A stretch of 64,000 nucleotides of DNA from an uncultured delta proteobacterium. GTDB taxonomy: Bacteria > Desulfobacterota > Binatia > Binatales > Binataceae. Below are positions 63,138-64,000 of the stretch, in pieces. A model generated the notes under the pieces. That model worked only from the letters and a program-made list of their open reading frames with translations. It was not told where the DNA came from and did no database searches. The stretch lies in NCBI GenBank assembly GCA_963724765.1, contig CAVRVY010000001.1, positions 864,001-928,000 on the forward strand, written 5' to 3'. Each line of letters starts with the position of its first letter. The stretch's first letter is position 1. A program made the translations under genes and the position numbers.

Positions 63138-64000
63138 GACGAAATCGACCTCAGGCGGAAGTGAGTATCGATGAATTCAAACAGTCCCATCACCGGGGGC
63201 AAGCCCGCCATTTGCGACCGGTGCAGATGGGCGGCACAAAGCGGGCTGGCGCTCAGTACCACGGCCGCGCCAGCGCGGGCAAAGGATTGCAGCTTGCCCT
63301 CGGCCATGCGCGCCGCGGATTGCGGGCTTACCTGCGGCATTCCGCCGGCCGCGCCGTAGCAGACAGCATAGTTCGCCTCGTCCGCAACCGAGGCCGTTTT
63401 GCATCCCAGGCGCGCCAGCAACGCACGTATCCGGTGCGGAAAGTTCGCGGCGCCGGCAACGCCGTGGCTTTTCTTGCTCAGATGGCAGGGATCGAGAAGG
63501 CCCACCGCGCCGGCAACCGCGACGCCCGCCTTGGACTCAAAGCCGGCCCGGCCCTCTGCGACCGCGCGCTCGATTAGATCGAAAGCGTGAACCACCGCGA
63601 GCCCATCGGCGAGTTGCGCGCCAAGATTTTCCAGGCATTCGGCTCCTGAGGCTACGACACTGCGGCATCCGCTGCGGGCGACCGCCGCGCTCAAAGCCTG
63701 GCGCTCGTTCTCGGCTTCGGCCGCGTAGCCGATCTCACCAAGCGGAGCGCCGCAGCAGCGCGCCTGAGCGGGGGGCAGCAGCCTCACTGGCACGCCGGCT
63801 TGATGCAGAATCGACACGGTTGCGCGCGCCTCGGCCGGCGCATCGTAACTTGCGGCGCATCCGGGAAGATAGAGAGTCGCGGCGTCAGCGGCGATGCCGT
63901 CGAGCCCCTCGGCCCACCGGTTGCGTGCTTCGAGCGGTGCGCCCGCTGGATTGTGATGTTCGGCGACGTTAACGCCAATAGCGGCAATCGGCTCGGGCGC
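63134..64000 (-). CDS. CCG-domain Fe-S oxidoreductase (GlcF/HdrD-like), 5' end beyond window
   Basis: Frame open to the window edge: HNP.G, LYLPGC, RCCGAPL...G, LDPCHL, CYGAAGG. The stop overlaps the GlcD-like start (ATGA). Confidence 0.8.
   Translation of the reverse strand, partial: APEPIAAIGVNVAEHHNPAGAPLEARNRWAEGLDGIAADAATLYLPGCAASYDAPAEARATVSILHQAGVPVRLLPPAQARCCGAPLGEIGYAAEAENERQALSAAVARSGCRSVVASGAECLENLGAQLADGLAVVHAFDLIERAVAEGRAGFESKAGVAVAGAVGLLDPCHLSKKSHGVAGAANFPHRIRALLARLGCKTASVADEANYAVCYGAAGGMPQVSPQSAARMAEGKLQSFARAGAAVVLSASPLCAAHLHRSQMAGLPPVMGLFEFIDTHFRLRSISS

Overview
GC-rich bacterial chromosome segment. The 16S sequence and gene content (LLM, CMD, cupin, CCG and GlcD-like oxidoreductases) look deltaproteobacteria-like, possibly Candidatus Binatota; this is an inference, not a database result. 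(1) 1-18.5 kb: a minus-strand tandem array of at least 8 paralogous ~740-770 aa polytopic membrane proteins with GT-C/YfhO-like glycosyltransferase architecture and one embedded SAM methyltransferase. Five copies have uninterrupted frames (copy 1 runs off the window edge). Three adjacent copies are broken, and one has ~290 bp of its 3' part cut into short pieces that are inverted and reordered. (2) DAHP synthase, an orphan anti-sigma factor and an MFS remnant. (3) A complete rRNA operon (16S-tRNA-Ile-tRNA-Ala-23S-5S); the 16S has a covarying change in the EUB338/341F site. (4) Assorted metabolic genes. (5) A hydroquinone ring-cleavage/beta-ketoadipate operon with no maleylacetate reductase, flanked by an amidase, an LLM oxidoreductase and a CnbZ-like deaminase. 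(6) A PlcP-like phosphoesterase / MGDG-synthase-like GT28 / GH1 operon behind an 11-bp-periodic upstream region. (7) A partly eroded redox/sulfur cluster at the right end. Three copies of a REP-like palindrome are present. No CRISPR array, integrase or transposase was recognised.
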